From Podarcis gaigeae (taxonomy: Eukaryota), in the NCBI GenBank assembly GCA_964106915.2, contig OZ066921.1: 64,000 nucleotides of DNA; one strand, 5' to 3'. Below, in pieces: positions 39,385 through 53,519 of this stretch. Both the position numbers and the translations under genes were made by a program. Every line of letters starts with the position of its first letter. Within the stretch, counting starts at the first letter, position 1. Under the pieces are notes generated by a model, which did no database searches, was not told the origin of the DNA, and was given only the letters and a program-made list of their open reading frames with translations.

Positions 39385-42300
39385 TCCAGTTCCGCCTGCC
39401 AATGTGTCCCAGGTCAACTCCAGCCCTCACACAGCCCAGCCCAGCCCAGCCTAGCTCACAAGCAAGCAAAGGAGCTTTTAATCTTACTACAGAGTTGGAT
39501 TCCTCCATGGTTGGGTCTGTGCCCACTGCCTCCGAGTTACTGATGGAATCTTTGTGTGAATCCTGCTCCATGCGTTCCTTGACTTCTCTTAGGAGGATGC
39601 TGTACCGGTCATTTCCTACAGCAAGCACAAATGGGTGAGAGTTTGGACCAGGGATGTAGCTGCATTTTCCAAGGAAGGTGGAAGCTCTAGGATACTAACC
39701 CCTACCTTTAACATTTATGGGTAGATCCACACAAATTCTGGGGAAGATTCCTTCTCCTTTCAGGGTGATGAGTTCTGGATCCATGTGGGCCACCTGGATC
39801 TGGAAGGTTCTTTGGAAGACCTCCGGAATGCCAGGCAAATAATATACCTTCAACACCTGCTCCTTCCCGGATTCAATATAACTCTAGGAGATACAAGTGG
39901 GAGAATCCTGAATAGGTAACACTGCTCCTTGCCAAATAGAGGGCTGAGCAATCTTGCCTTCATAGAATGGTTTAAGTGGACAGCCTGGCATCTTCTTTGT
40001 CTTGGACACAGACTGGATCAGTGAGAAACATTATGTTAGCCTGTTACACAGATGGTTGTGTAAACTCTTGCATTGTTTTTTAAATTTAGATTTCCCACCA
40101 AATAAAAGCCAGGTTTAGTTACCAGAGACATCATGCAAATTAAGCACATTTGCTTTTGTCATTTAAATATACAGAAGGATTTGAGCTTTCAAAGAAATTC
40201 CTAAGTAAGGATTAAAGGAATGGAAAGAGATGATGGCATGGATAGTGTGGCATCTTCACAGACCCAGTCCCAGATTGATGGACTGTGCCAGTGTCTCCAG
40301 TGTCTCTAGTCTAGGGGCAGGGTTGCCATCTCCCCACCTTTTTGAATTTTATTGTTGCTGGAAATTTTACTTCTTCCCACCCAAGATGAGCAGGGACAGG
40401 ATTTGGTGGGCATCTCACAGGCCTGTGCTAAGAAAAGTACAGGCTTACCTGGTGAGGCACCAAATAACTAAACACTTAAGGGGCATTTCCCTCCAGTTAG
40501 GAAAATGGTCAGTGCTCCCCTCTCTTGTTGTGAAAGAGCAACCGGCTCAATGCTGACCCACCTGCAAGAAAGGAACCTAGAGTAGGTAGCAAAAGAGGAA
40601 GGCTCTCCACACCAAAAACCTCCCTTCTGACATCTGTAGATGGACTTCACCTTGCACAGAGGGGCGGGGGGGGGGATGTGCTGCTCAGCCTGAGTCTTTG
40701 TGAGATGAATGAGTAATCTTAAAGGAAAGCTCTTTCCAGAGAACAGACAGACAGAGAGGCCAAGGAAGGAAGGAAGGAAGGAAGGAAGGAAGGAAGGAAG
40801 GAAGGAAGGAAGGAAGGAAGCCTTAACTTAAAAAGGGGCTTCATGCTTGAAGGCAGATTCCACCTGAATTCTAATGACGCATTTACAAGAGCCTGCCTTG
40901 CTTTGCACAATCTGCACAATAATTCAAAAGTCAAAATGCATAAAGAAGTGACCCTTAAACACAACAGCATCTATCCGGCTTCTGCTCTTACTCACAGAAA
41001 CAGGCAGAGTCAGTGGCACACCAGGTGCAGGGTTGTTGGCTGAAGCTGCAATGGTGTTAGTCACAAAGTACTCAAATCCAACTTTTCCTGTATTTTTCAG
41101 CGTAATCTCAGTCACACATATCTGATCAAAAGGCTTAGGGAGAGAAAAGAGAGTGATGCCAATATGAACATGCAAACTGCTGAAAGCATCTTGCCCTGAG
41201 TCCTTCTTTCCATCCCTCCTCTGACTCAACACCAACCAGCTGTTTGGGAGGAGATCATGTAATATTTCCAGCACCACATCATACATGATGCTCTGCACAT
41301 TTGTAAAGTTGTCCAACCAGCACTAGTCTGCTGTATTTTGATGATCTTGTCAGCAACAAAATATCTCCAGATGTTTCACTTGAGCAGGACCCACCTAAGT
41401 CACCAGAAATCTTATTTTAAGAAAAATTTGGTAGCGTCGCTGTGTATGCTCAGATCATGTGAATGCACTATCTATGTCGCCTTGCATCCCTGAACCTGAA
41501 CCCCCATCCCCCTAATCCTAACACCCTAACCTTAACCCGGTGGGGAATCTTTTTGGTCTGGCAAGCCAGATCTTTTAATCCTACCATGGGGGCCAACTTT
41601 GGCAGGGGAGAAGAATCACCTGCCTCTCGGTCATTTGATGCCAGGTGTTGAACAGATGAGTTGTTTCAGTCACCTGCCAAAGTTGGCTGTGGGGTGGGGA
41701 TAACGACCGAGCAGGATTGAACTCCCTGCACATCAGCTGATGTGTGGAGAGTTCAATCCTGCTTTCCACAGGGGTCAGCTGCACAAGGTGTAGGGCAGGT
41801 GGAGGGAGTGGCCTTGTGGATCAAAAAGGTAAAGGTAAAGGTACCCCTGCCCGTACGGGCCAGTCTTGCCAGACTCTGGGGTTGTGCGCCCATCTCACTC
41901 AAGAGGCCAGGGGCCAGCGCTGTCCGAAGATACTTCCGGGTCACGTGGCCAGCGTGACATCGCTGCTCTGGCGAGCCAGAGCTGCACACGGAAACGCCGT
42001 TTACCTTCCCACTAGAAAGCGGTCCCTATTTATCTACTTGCACCCGAGGGTGCTTTCGAACTGCTAGGTTGTGGATCAAACCGTGCTGTAAAATTGGCTT
42101 TGCCCAACCCTGAGAGAAGGTCAGCTGCTGGGATGACTTCTTCTTGGAGGGGTGCATGTATTAGAGGCATAAGGACCTGACAGAGGCCACCTGAGAATGG
42201 CTAGGTTAATCAGAGAGCAGATATCTAGGGAAAGAGTCTCCTCTACCGCCACACCAGTTCTTGGGCTCAGCAAGCCTCTCAGGGGTATAAAGGCAGTGGA

Positions 42301-45300
42301 GGTGCACTGCAGGTTTTGCTGTGGTGAGGAGGAGGAAATGGAGAGCCAAGGAGAACCCAAATTCTCTCCCTGAATATCACTTTAGGCAAGGTTAATGCAG
42401 GCTTAGTAGGTGTTGTTGAACTCTTTCAATAGGGTCCAATGAAGAGGGGAAAACAGTCTTTTTCAGCAGGGTCCTTGTGGGGAGGGGGACAGATAGCATG
42501 GTTCTTACATAGAATATGCAATTCAAGAAAGAAGCATGTAGAGTGGAAGTTTGAAGGGTATAAGCAGAAGCAGCACCTGGAGCCTGAGAGCCCATTTTCT
42601 GAGGTATAAGAAATCCAGTGGACTTGACAGACACTCTTCCAGCTGAGGGGTACTGTGGGGTGGGATGCCATGTGGAGGGGAAGCATATATAAAGGCAAAG
42701 AAGTTGGGCTCCCTTTTGGGAAGTGGGTGTGAACTAGGTGTAAACAAGAAATGGGTGGGAGGTGAGGAAGAGGAAGCTTCCAGTGGTCTACTGTGATCAG
42801 AAGCATTTTTGTGTTCTCTTGCATTCTACAAGTTCAGGCTTGAAAAAGTCCCCATAAGACTCAACCCACCATAAACTTCTGCAAAACATTTTCATCATAG
42901 GATGGTGGGTTGGAGGAAAGCACAGGGGGAGATTTCAGCAAGGCATGTTTATTGGGAAAATAACTGAAGTGACCTGCCGGAGGCCTGCAGAGTCAAGTGT
43001 GTGCAGCTTTCACTTACCTGGAGTCCATAGTCAATCTCCTTCCTGTCAAATGCATAACTCACAAGGGAGGCCTCACCCCTCAGTAGGATCTCGTAGGTGG
43101 GGCCCCCTTCCACCTCACAGATGGCTTTGACACGAGCAACGATGTCAGCATGGCCATAGAATGTGAAGGTCATCCGCTGGATCTCACTCGGCTCCAGCAT
43201 CCCATACAGCGGCATGATGTCAAATACCTGATCGGGACGAGAGAGGGGCAGAGGCTGCATGCCAACAAATGCCAAGATCCAGTTCAGGATGAGGGCAGCC
43301 AATGCAGCTGTGGGGAAAGCATGGTAGCTGCAGAATTGGCACCGAAAAGATGGATCTCTGACCTTTACTCAGGCTCTTCCTGTGCAAAACCCCATGTACA
43401 GCACATTTCCATAAGATGATTACAGTCTTGATCCTCTTCCCAGTGTCTTAGCCAATCCAAGTGTGATAACCAAGGTCTGAAACTGTTGTGCCTCCCTGCA
43501 TAGGAAGGGTCTGGCTGCTGCTGCTGCTGCTGATCAGGCTTGTCTCCTGCCTTAGGCTTAGGAGGAAGACCTAGCTTCTTTGGGAGCAGAGGTCATCATC
43601 AAACACAAACATCGAGGCACACACTGGAGAGAGGGACTTTGGTGGGCTTCAGCCAGCATGAAGTGGCATAGCCACACACGGCTCCAGCTCTTTAGTTCAG
43701 CTTGGCCCAGCCTGATCAGCAGATAGAGACTGGGTAAAGGTTTGGAGAACTGGACCATCAGCAGGAGTAGAGCATTTAGTTATGATGATACTATGGCATC
43801 CCCTCCCCTTGTATATTAAGCAAGTGGCTATTTTATTTTACAGGCACTTGAATGCTCTTGTTTGCCCTGAAGTGTGACCACCTTTGGCTTATCAGATTGA
43901 TCGCTGGACTGTTTTCAGTGTTGTGGTTTCTTAACATATTGTCTTATATTATTTTATTTTCACAGCTTAGAGAAAATTATTTCTGAGTAAGTGATATACA
44001 CATGTATTACATGAATAAATATAATAATAATGATAAAAACAAATTCCTGCTCACTTCTTCCACGCCTGTCAGATGATGATCATCTGCTTCTGCACACCAC
44101 AGGACTTCCTTGGTCTCCACCTCGCTCTTCTTAGGAATTTCCTCTTCCCCATGATCAGCAGCTGGCAATGGGGACTAGAAAAAAGAGCATCGGGAATGGG
44201 TGCAAGAGGCAGTGGAGGTAGGTTGACTTGAAGGTTTTCAGTATAGAAACCCAGACCTTGTCAATAAAAATATCAGTCAGGCCAAGGCACTGGAATGTTT
44301 TGCACAGCTGGGAGAAAATGTCAAGGATAAAACTAAGGGAAAACCTTCTAACATCCAGATGTTCTCCTCCTAGTAAGAACAGCCCCATGTCCTCCTGCCA
44401 CATGAAACTTTTTGCAGATACTCACTGACTGCTCTAGCAGCCTCAAGACAGTCATAGAGAGCAACCCACTGAGCCCGTTCATATCAGTGGTACTTGTGCA
44501 AAATCACCCACAGGTGCTACGTGTGTCCTAACCAAGCCATGTCTCCAAGCCAAAGGTAAGGTGAGATGAACAATTACCCTGGCGGCTGCCTTGGCTTCTG
44601 GGCTACTTTCTGCAGTGTCTGGAAGTTCCTTAGGGACAGTCTCTTCTCCACTGACATAGTTGATGTTTTCTTCTGTAGCTGCTTCTCTGGAGTCATAATA
44701 TCGGGACAGAAATTTTACTTAATGGTTCTCAGGAAATCTGGATATGGGTAACATTAATAGGGACACAAACGTGGGTTTGTATAAATATGAGTGAGAGGGT
44801 AATCTTTGGGGGCAGGCAAATGTGAATAATTGTGGGGAACATTCTTACCTTTAAAGTCTTGTGGACTGAGGGGTTTTGTGTTGATTTTTAACACACACAC
44901 CCTCTCCCCACAAGAAAAGTCTCATTGCTGATTCTGTGGCTCTCACTGAATATCTGTTTGTAACATTGCCGGGGGGTAGGGGTGTGCTCCTGCATGATCT
45001 GTTTCCTCACCTTGAACATAAAGCTTGTGTGCACATACCATACATTCAAATCAAGAATCCTGGGAACCGCAGTTTGTATTGGCTGCTGGGAATAGTAGGT
45101 CTGTGAGAGGTAACCTTCTGTCCCCAGGATTCGGGGGGGGGGGGGGATACTTTGAATGTATGTAAGCAGTGTAAGAAGCCACAGTTGCACTGCAGGGAGG
45201 TATGGTTGCAGATGAAGCTGCTGCACTTGGGTCAGAAAAGACCAGAGAATGAATCTGGAGTGGAGTGGCAAGAGGAGCTTTGCTGTATTTCACGTACAGC

Positions 45301-48300
45301 CGCAGCCGATACATTAAGGAATTAACTGCTCAAGCTAAATCCCTGGGATGGAAGAGCAAGAGCCCCCTAATCTGTTGTCTGCTCTCATTCTCAAAGTGTG
45401 GCATAGCAGGCAGAGTGATGGGCATGGACCACCTAGTTGTGCAGGGCCATGACACAGACTATGCATTTCTGAGGGCTTGTGTACAAACCTCTCAAAGTCT
45501 TTGGTGTCATTGTGACTCGTAGTTTCTTGTGGCTGTGGGACCTCCTGCTCAGTGGCTGCTTCCTTTTTAGGAAGGGCTGTAACATCTCTGGGGCTGAATC
45601 TGAAAAACACAATGCCATTTTGATTTGATTTGCTTGTATTTACTAGTTGTATTCCACTTTCCCAACAACCACACTGAGCTCAAAGCAGTTCACAACAACA
45701 GCATGAAAAACTTAACATTATGATCACTATAATATATATTAAAAAACCAACAGCAGATAAAGTAAGGTAGAAAACATAAAAAATCATCAGATTACTAATA
45801 TGATTCACTACCAACTCACAGTGATTCAAAATAGTTTCTGAGCACCAACCCTGTGCCAGTTGGTAGACTCTCTCTCTAGGAAGGGGCTTCTTCATTCTGT
45901 GCAGCAGCAACGCTGTACTGACCCCTACTTGATGCAGAACTCAAACTCAGGTTGCAGTTTGTACCCAAATCTTTAATGCTCAGATTGGTGCAATACATAG
46001 GCAAAACACTGTTCAAAGGCACAGTAGTTGCTACACATGACTAAACAAGCAAAGATGTTGACTCAAAAACAACACCCCCTTACCCCGCAACCATGTTGTA
46101 AGAAAAAGGGGTGGAGACAACATATCATGGCAAGTGGATTTGGTCCTTAGTCTGGGCAAGCAACCTAGCACTTCCCCAAGAAAGTTGAACCAGCCTGTCT
46201 GCTTATGTCTGAGTTGACATCTCCATGACCTAGGCAAGATATTATTGCCTCCTCAGAGGTGGATGTGACAGCTGGACATGATTTCTGGCAACTCCAGAGG
46301 CACAGTAGCCAGAGTGATAGGCAAGGTAAACAAGCCAGAACCAGCTTCTGGCCAGGAGCCTCTTCCTCTGGCTCTCCCAATCCGGGTAGAGACCTTTCCA
46401 GCCCACTGGATCCCACCCTGGAGTCATGTCAGCCACTTCTCTTCTCTGTCCTGGCCCAGCCAGCCCCCTCCCACAGGGCTCATGGCAAAGCAGCTAACAA
46501 CACAACTTCAAAAATCCACATCAACACATCATTCCAATTAACCGTATAATAGCAACCAATTTCAGATAACAATCCATTCTGACAGTACTGTAGTAACACT
46601 GCAACATTTTTAATGCATTATATAATAGGCAACATCCATCAATACAACACAGTATGTGCTGTTATTATTAATGGTAAAATATTAAAGCAGAGTCCAATAT
46701 GATTTATATGCCTCTAAATAACATGAGCAAGAGAGAACTGAGCTCCTCATGTCCTACTTCTGGGATCCCCACAAATATTTGGTTGGCTGGACTAGACAGA
46801 TCTTTGGTCTAATTGAGCTGAGCTCTTATGTTATCAAGAAGCAGGGAAGCACCCGGTGAGAGTCAGGTTCTACAGTACCTGGAACATTTTCCTAGGACAG
46901 CACACATCCTGCCTCTTCCTCGCCACCCTATCCTGCAGTTCAGTCTCATCTGATGTCACTTGAACACCCCTGCTTTCTTTACCCCCCTAGCAACTCTTAA
47001 AGGGGCTGGAAGGAAGAAGAGGCTTCTGGCAGATTGGTCAAGAGGTCCTGCTCAGGGCTCTTCAGCTTAGCCTTAAACTAGCCTTCCAATTCTTTGGCTT
47101 GCTCTCCCTGTATCCTCAATTTAATGCAATGTGACCTCATGCAACATGACTGAGCCAAACATCAAAGCCTCACTGCAGGCATGAGGAGGCCCCAAATGCA
47201 TCTACAAAACTGCTCATCCTATCTCCACTATAGGGCTGCAATGCACAGAGCAGAAGGATGGAGATGCGAGGGAGCTGGGAAGGGTCCAGAAAAATACAGA
47301 TAACTTCACTGTAACTGTTTCACAGGATGTCAAACAGAAATAAAGAAATGCTGAGTATAATCACAGAAATCCCATCAGATGGAAACAAGAACAGACACAG
47401 AGTTGGCAATGATTTCTATATTGATGGGGCTGGCTTAGCCAGCCAGGGCATACATGCCTCAAACATCTGAAATCAAAGGCTCATCAACAGCCAATAACAT
47501 CAGAATATGCCCTCCTATCCTGCTAGTTCCCAGGCCAATTATGTAAACAGCATGGAATCAGTTTTGTTTTGTGCATAAGGTCAGGAATATCATAAAATTC
47601 TGCCTTAAGTCAAGTCAATATCTCCATCCACCTAGCCAGCTCTGCACAATCTTGAGCAGGGAAGGGTGTTTCTCATTACTTGTTATGGGATTCTATTAAC
47701 TGGAGATGCCAGGAGTGGATCCAGAGATCTTCTGCATGCAAAGCACATGTTCTGCCAGGGATCTTTGCCTTTTATGCCTGCAGACTGGATGAGACATCAA
47801 GCTGAGGAAAGAGTATAATTGTCAGAAGCTCAACAGTAGGGGTAGAAAACCATTTTTTGCTCCATGCGCCTGTTGCTGGGATCCAGTTCCTAACCCATGG
47901 AGTAAGACAATGGTGAGAAACGTGCAGCCCTCCAAGTGTTGTTGGACTCCAAACCCTACCAGCCCCTGCCAGAGAGCATGGCAAATGGTTAGGGATGATG
48001 GAAGTTATACATGGAGCAATTTAGCTGTGTGGCCCTAGAGCCTGTTTCTTATGAGGCAGAAACCCTTCACCACCCAACAGTATCCTCTCAAGACCTGTGA
48101 TTCTCCTTCCCAGAAATGCCTATAAATCCACCTTGTTTTCTGCAATTGACATTCATGCTATTTGGCCTGGGATGTCAGAAGCAAGCCCCAGGGGAGCTGG
48201 CTATACAAAGCTCTATCCCCTATCAAAGAAGCTATCAGCCTTCAGCTCATCAAACTGTTCTCCAGTGATGGGAGAAACAAAGAGAAAAGTGTTGTGGTAT

Positions 48301-51300
48301 CTACTTGTGGTATCTTGTTACTTCTATTACATTTGGAAGGGTTAAGGTCTCCATGAGACTTTTGGACAATGAACATTCTTGCCTCAAGGAGCACACAACC
48401 CAATGGCTAACACAGACAGTAACACTGATTGACATGAGGGTTTGGGATGGGAACAAATTGGTGCTAAAGAACTCTGAGGCCAGCGGGGGTGTTAGAACAA
48501 GGGCTTGGTTTCAGACTCCTTCACAGCCTCGGATAATATTTATTTCACTGTCAGCAATTTAAGAGTCCTAGAGAGCTAGAGGATGCATGGGGATTTGGGA
48601 ATGGGGAGCTATTTATTTTAAAATGCAAAGACTCCAGATATTCCAAGGTAACTAGCCAACATTAATAAAACATGTATAATCCCCTCACCCCAACACACAC
48701 ACACATGGACACACACAATCACAAGATTTGCCCTGGGTCCCTTTGCTATGCCACAGAAGATGTGGTCTGCCTCCAATCCCATGAAATCCCTGCATTCTCT
48801 TACCACGTTGCAAGAGAGTACGATGCAGCCACCTGGAACAGAAAAATGTATTAACTGGGCTGTGGGAGGGAAGAAGAATTTTCAGAATCCTACAGGCATG
48901 TGGAGCGGAGGTGTAGGGGACAGAACGCATGTATATTGAGGTCTGCAGTCCAAACCGTGCCCCATGTAAGCAGCCTTAATAACTAATCTTGTCTGGAATC
49001 TCTCTTTGAGAAGTTATTGGTTCTGCTCTTGAACTCCTATTAAGTACATGACTGCTTTGAACTGAGTCAGGCAATCAGTCCGAGAAAGATGATGATGTCT
49101 AGTACGACTAAAAGTAGCTTTCCAAGTCAGAAGCAAGGCTTCCCCGTACCCTGGTTATGCAGATATCCTTATTGTAATGTGAAAGCACTACTAAGACATC
49201 AACTTCTTTTTAAAAATGGAGATGCCAGGCAGCAATTAACCTGGAAGCTTCCATGTGCACAGCATGTCCCCTGCCATTTGGTGAAGGCCATCCCAGGTCT
49301 AACTGCAACATCCCTTTAAGATGTTTTGTGGGAAAGAGGATCAGCTTGTTTCTCCATAGGACAGACCTTCTAGGCTCTTCAGTATTTATATTTGTCTGTT
49401 ACCTATGTGGGGATATCATCCCCTGGCATTTGCTATGTAAACCTTAATTGACTAGGATCCCAAAGGAGGAGCAAGAGGAGGCGGGGGAACAAAGGACAGT
49501 AAAAATGGGGTATGTTAGTATTTCTGAGTCCCTGAAAATGCTTATTTATCTAATTTATTTGGATCCTTATAAAATGAGGAACAGTAATCCATCAGAACCC
49601 AGAAGTGCTGGGCTTACTGAGCATGCTTCACATATGGTGTATGTGTATATACAGACAGACAGACAGACATCATTTTGGAGATTTACACAAACTGTAATAT
49701 TTCCCAGATTCATATATCAATAATTTACAAAGTATGGCCACCTCTGAACTAACTTTGTTTTATAGACCAAACTGGTCCGCTATTTCTGCTAATTCAAAGC
49801 ACTTCAGAAGCCATTCCCATATAGATCTGTAGATTTGTACTACTCTGGTTGCAATTACCAAGACTTTTGCTCAATACATCTGTTCCACAGAGACATCACC
49901 CTAAATCCAATTAAATATTACCAACACTGTAGAAAGTTTCAAATGTGCTCCTATCATCAATGTAACCTATTGCATAGTTTGTCTCCCAAAATCATAGGCA
50001 TGCTGATGTTCCCACCATATATGACAAGTGATCATTTGCTACACATGTGGTGTTTTGTTAATGCTGCATGCCATGCAGAATGGCATTTGCCCCTTTTTGC
50101 AGCATGAATCTCCCACTCTGCATGTTAGCATGTGGAGAGTGTGGGGAATAATTCCAGAGTACTGTAATGCAGAAGAACGGAGTGCTTTCATGTGAACTCT
50201 CCTAAGGCGGATAGGGGGAAATGAAAGGTTAAGACTGAATAATTAGATGAAAACCATAAAAGTCACTGCCCTAATTATAAGGTCCAGAAATAAAACTAAA
50301 TAAGTCACATTCTTCACCCCTAGCTGAAAAACAGATGTTAATCTGAATGACAATTAGTTACTGTGATGAAAGGCACAGAGTGGATAGAATAGCAGTGACC
50401 TGTTTTTTAGCTACCAAACTGTCAGGCTGCATTAGCTGGATGTAATTATACACATGGTAGCAAAAGAGAAATAATATCTGACAAGCTGTGCTTTCTTCCT
50501 GGCCACTTCATGGCCAAGTGAAGGTGCTAACAGCTTGGAGGCTCCCTTCAGGCCCAGCTGTCCTCCGGATAGTCAGGTGGTGCCGACACAAGGACCCCGT
50601 GAAACAGCCGGGAAGCCTAATTAATACACAAAGAGAGAGAAGAAAAGAAAGGGGTCAACCAGCATCACATCCGGAAGGTTAATGAGGAACCTTGCAGAAT
50701 GAAGGGTCTAATCCTGTAAGATGCTGGTGATGCCCCTGAGCACCGCATGTGGCAATTTCACCTTCACACAGTCTTCTGAAATGCCAACATGCCATAGCGT
50801 GGTTAGTCAGTCTGAAGGTGTGTGTGTGTAATAGTAAATAATGGAAGATTGGCTGGGGAAGCCAGAAAGGAGACCAAAAGCCTGGTTCCATGATGGTGGG
50901 TTGCAGTGATATAAAATATTTAAGCAACTTCACAGGAGGTGGAGATGTGTGGTGATATGTGGGGTGTATGCACCATGTGTCCTGGCTCCTATCCCCAAAC
51001 ACAGAAATAGATACTCTTACTTGTAAGTAAGATCTCTCACCATTATTCAAGTATTGGTACAGCCCAGCAGCAGACAAAAGGCTCAGGAGCCATAGTTCAA
51101 GAGCAGGGCAAGAAGTTCAGAACCAGACAGAAGCAACAAAGATGTCCCAACAAGTTTCCATGACCAGTCACAGCCAGGTGTGGTGCACTCACTCACAAGA
51201 ATCTGCTGTCTTCAGGGAATGTCAGAATTGCAAAAATGTGCTTCTAAAGGGTGGGTGGGCCTGCACCCATCTACGAAGGCAGAGATTGGTTTGAAGCAAC

Positions 51301-52969
51301 AAGACTGCACCCTCCTGTTAAGTCATTTCCACTTCCAGTAGTTCCTCCCATCTTGGCTGCTCTGAGCCCTCCCAAATTTTTTGCAATACCTGATATCCCT
51401 GCTCTTTCCCCCCAAGCAATAGAACCTGGGGTAGAAAAGGGAGATCCCCCTCATCTTACTCATTCAGCACTCCCTACTTCTTCCTCCGGCACATATGTCA
51501 GAGCTTGCCAACCCAAGTCCAATATCGATAGAGCTGTGGGGCTTACAACACCCAGCTCCATGCGCCTCTCCTGTGACCTTCAAGCCGAAGGGAACCTCCA
51601 TGGCCTCTCTGACCTATCCCAAGGGTGCAGATACTACTAAATATTAGCCCTATGATAATACCTAGATAAGAAGCAGTTCTACCTAATGCTGGGGGCACTG
51701 ATCATATTTTGAGACTCAGGATTTCACCACACCTAGGAAGGAGGTGGGCCACAGCCTCATATCTATCATGGCTGACAAGAGCAGATTGCAAATGGGAGCA
51801 AGGGAGGGGGCTGTGGACTGCTAGAAATGGTCCAGCCTTTCTACAATCCAGCAAGAGCAAAGCCAGAGGTTGCCCTATAAGAAAGTAAAAGAAGGAGATG
51901 CATAACCAAGACACCTACCTGCCTTCTAAAGCTTTCACTTCACAACCGTTCTGATTTTACATTGCAGCCAAAGCACTACCAAATCAAGCTAATAATATTG
52001 GGAATGCTGTGTCTAGTTCTTTATATATACTTATGTGGAATCCCAGAGTACAGGTCAGGTGTAGGGAACCTTTGGCCCTGCACATGTTGCTGAACTATAG
52101 CTCCCATTATCACTGGACATTAGCCATGCTTGCTGGGGCTGATAGGACTTGTAGTTCAGCAACAGCTGAAGGCCCAAAGGTTCCCCATACTCAATAAAGA
52201 TACAACACTGGCAAAGACTCCTAGTGCAGCTAGGAAGCTAGCAAGTGAGAATCATACACAGGTTTGAGGAGCCAGGAGAGCGGACAAGCCCAGTGTGTGC
52301 TGGGAAAACAAAATATTCCTGCTTTCCCTGAAGGAAAGTCCTTCGGTTCCCCTGAAACAAATTTGTTAAAAAATTGCATTTACTATGTAGGAAACTAGCA
52401 AGATGCCTTATCTGGAAAAGTCCTTGGGATCCTGTAGATCACTTTATGTTGCAAGGACTACCTGGAGCCACCACAGAACATCATCATGGTTCATCCTCTT
52501 CCCTTCCCATAGCTGACTTAAGGGATGCTGCCAATCTCAAGTAAAATAGAAGTTTGCTGAAATGGAAACTAGAGCATGGCTCCAACAGCATGCCCTCACC
52601 TTGCCTGTCTGCCTTGCCAAACTGTCTCCCCACATCTTTTCCGCCTGGGGTACTTGGCTTGCTCCTTTATCCCACAGAGTCTTTGGCCAAGCCTTGGAGT
52701 TAAATGCAGCTTAGCCTTGGAGTTAAATGCAGCTTCTAAGCCCCACTGCCCTCCAACCATCCTCCTCCTGCTACTAGGGTCCCACACCTGCATTTGTTTG
52801 CTTGCTGAAACACTGAAGATGAGGAAGGAAAGTCTCTATGAGCAGCCACAGTAAAAATGTGGCCTGGGACTCTCTAGTGACAAAACCACCAGACCCAGAA
52901 CCACCAGACCCAGAAATGCTTTGGGTTGGGGTTGCATTTACAGTACTTTAAATCTATCATTTTTCTTTC

Positions 52970-53028
<59 letters not shown>

Positions 53029-53468
53029 CATCCTTCAGACTCCACTGTTTGCCATACAGCTACAAACTGCATTGAAGGGATGACAGCACTCAGTGTCTGA
53101 CAGAAAACACTTGGCACAGACCAGGATCAGACTCCTTAATGAGCTCACAAGGAGGAGTGCCTCTCAGTGGCTCCCCCCACCAACCCTCCGCCAGCCAAAA
53201 AGGCCTTTCCACTGGGTTGGCTTATGTTTTCCTCGGGAAATTGTTTATTGATGTTATTCAGAATGGCAGACCATCAATGCAGTTGTTATGTTTACTGGAC
53301 TTCCTGGGGCACTGTGGAAAATCCGTTTGCTGCTGTAATTAAAATAACTGCACGAAGGCCAAGTTTGAGAAAGCAGCAGCACTGCTGGTTCATATATTTG
53401 CAAGGAAGAAGGTTTGCAGGCAGCTTGAGAAAAGCTGTTCCAGTTTGCAATCATTTCTACCATTTGCA

Positions 53469-53519
<51 letters not shown>

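Noticed and set aside
51251-51640. 129-aa plus-strand ORF / nested gene in the large intron
   Set aside because: GTG start, no recognisable homology, and no consistent exon chain on either strand.
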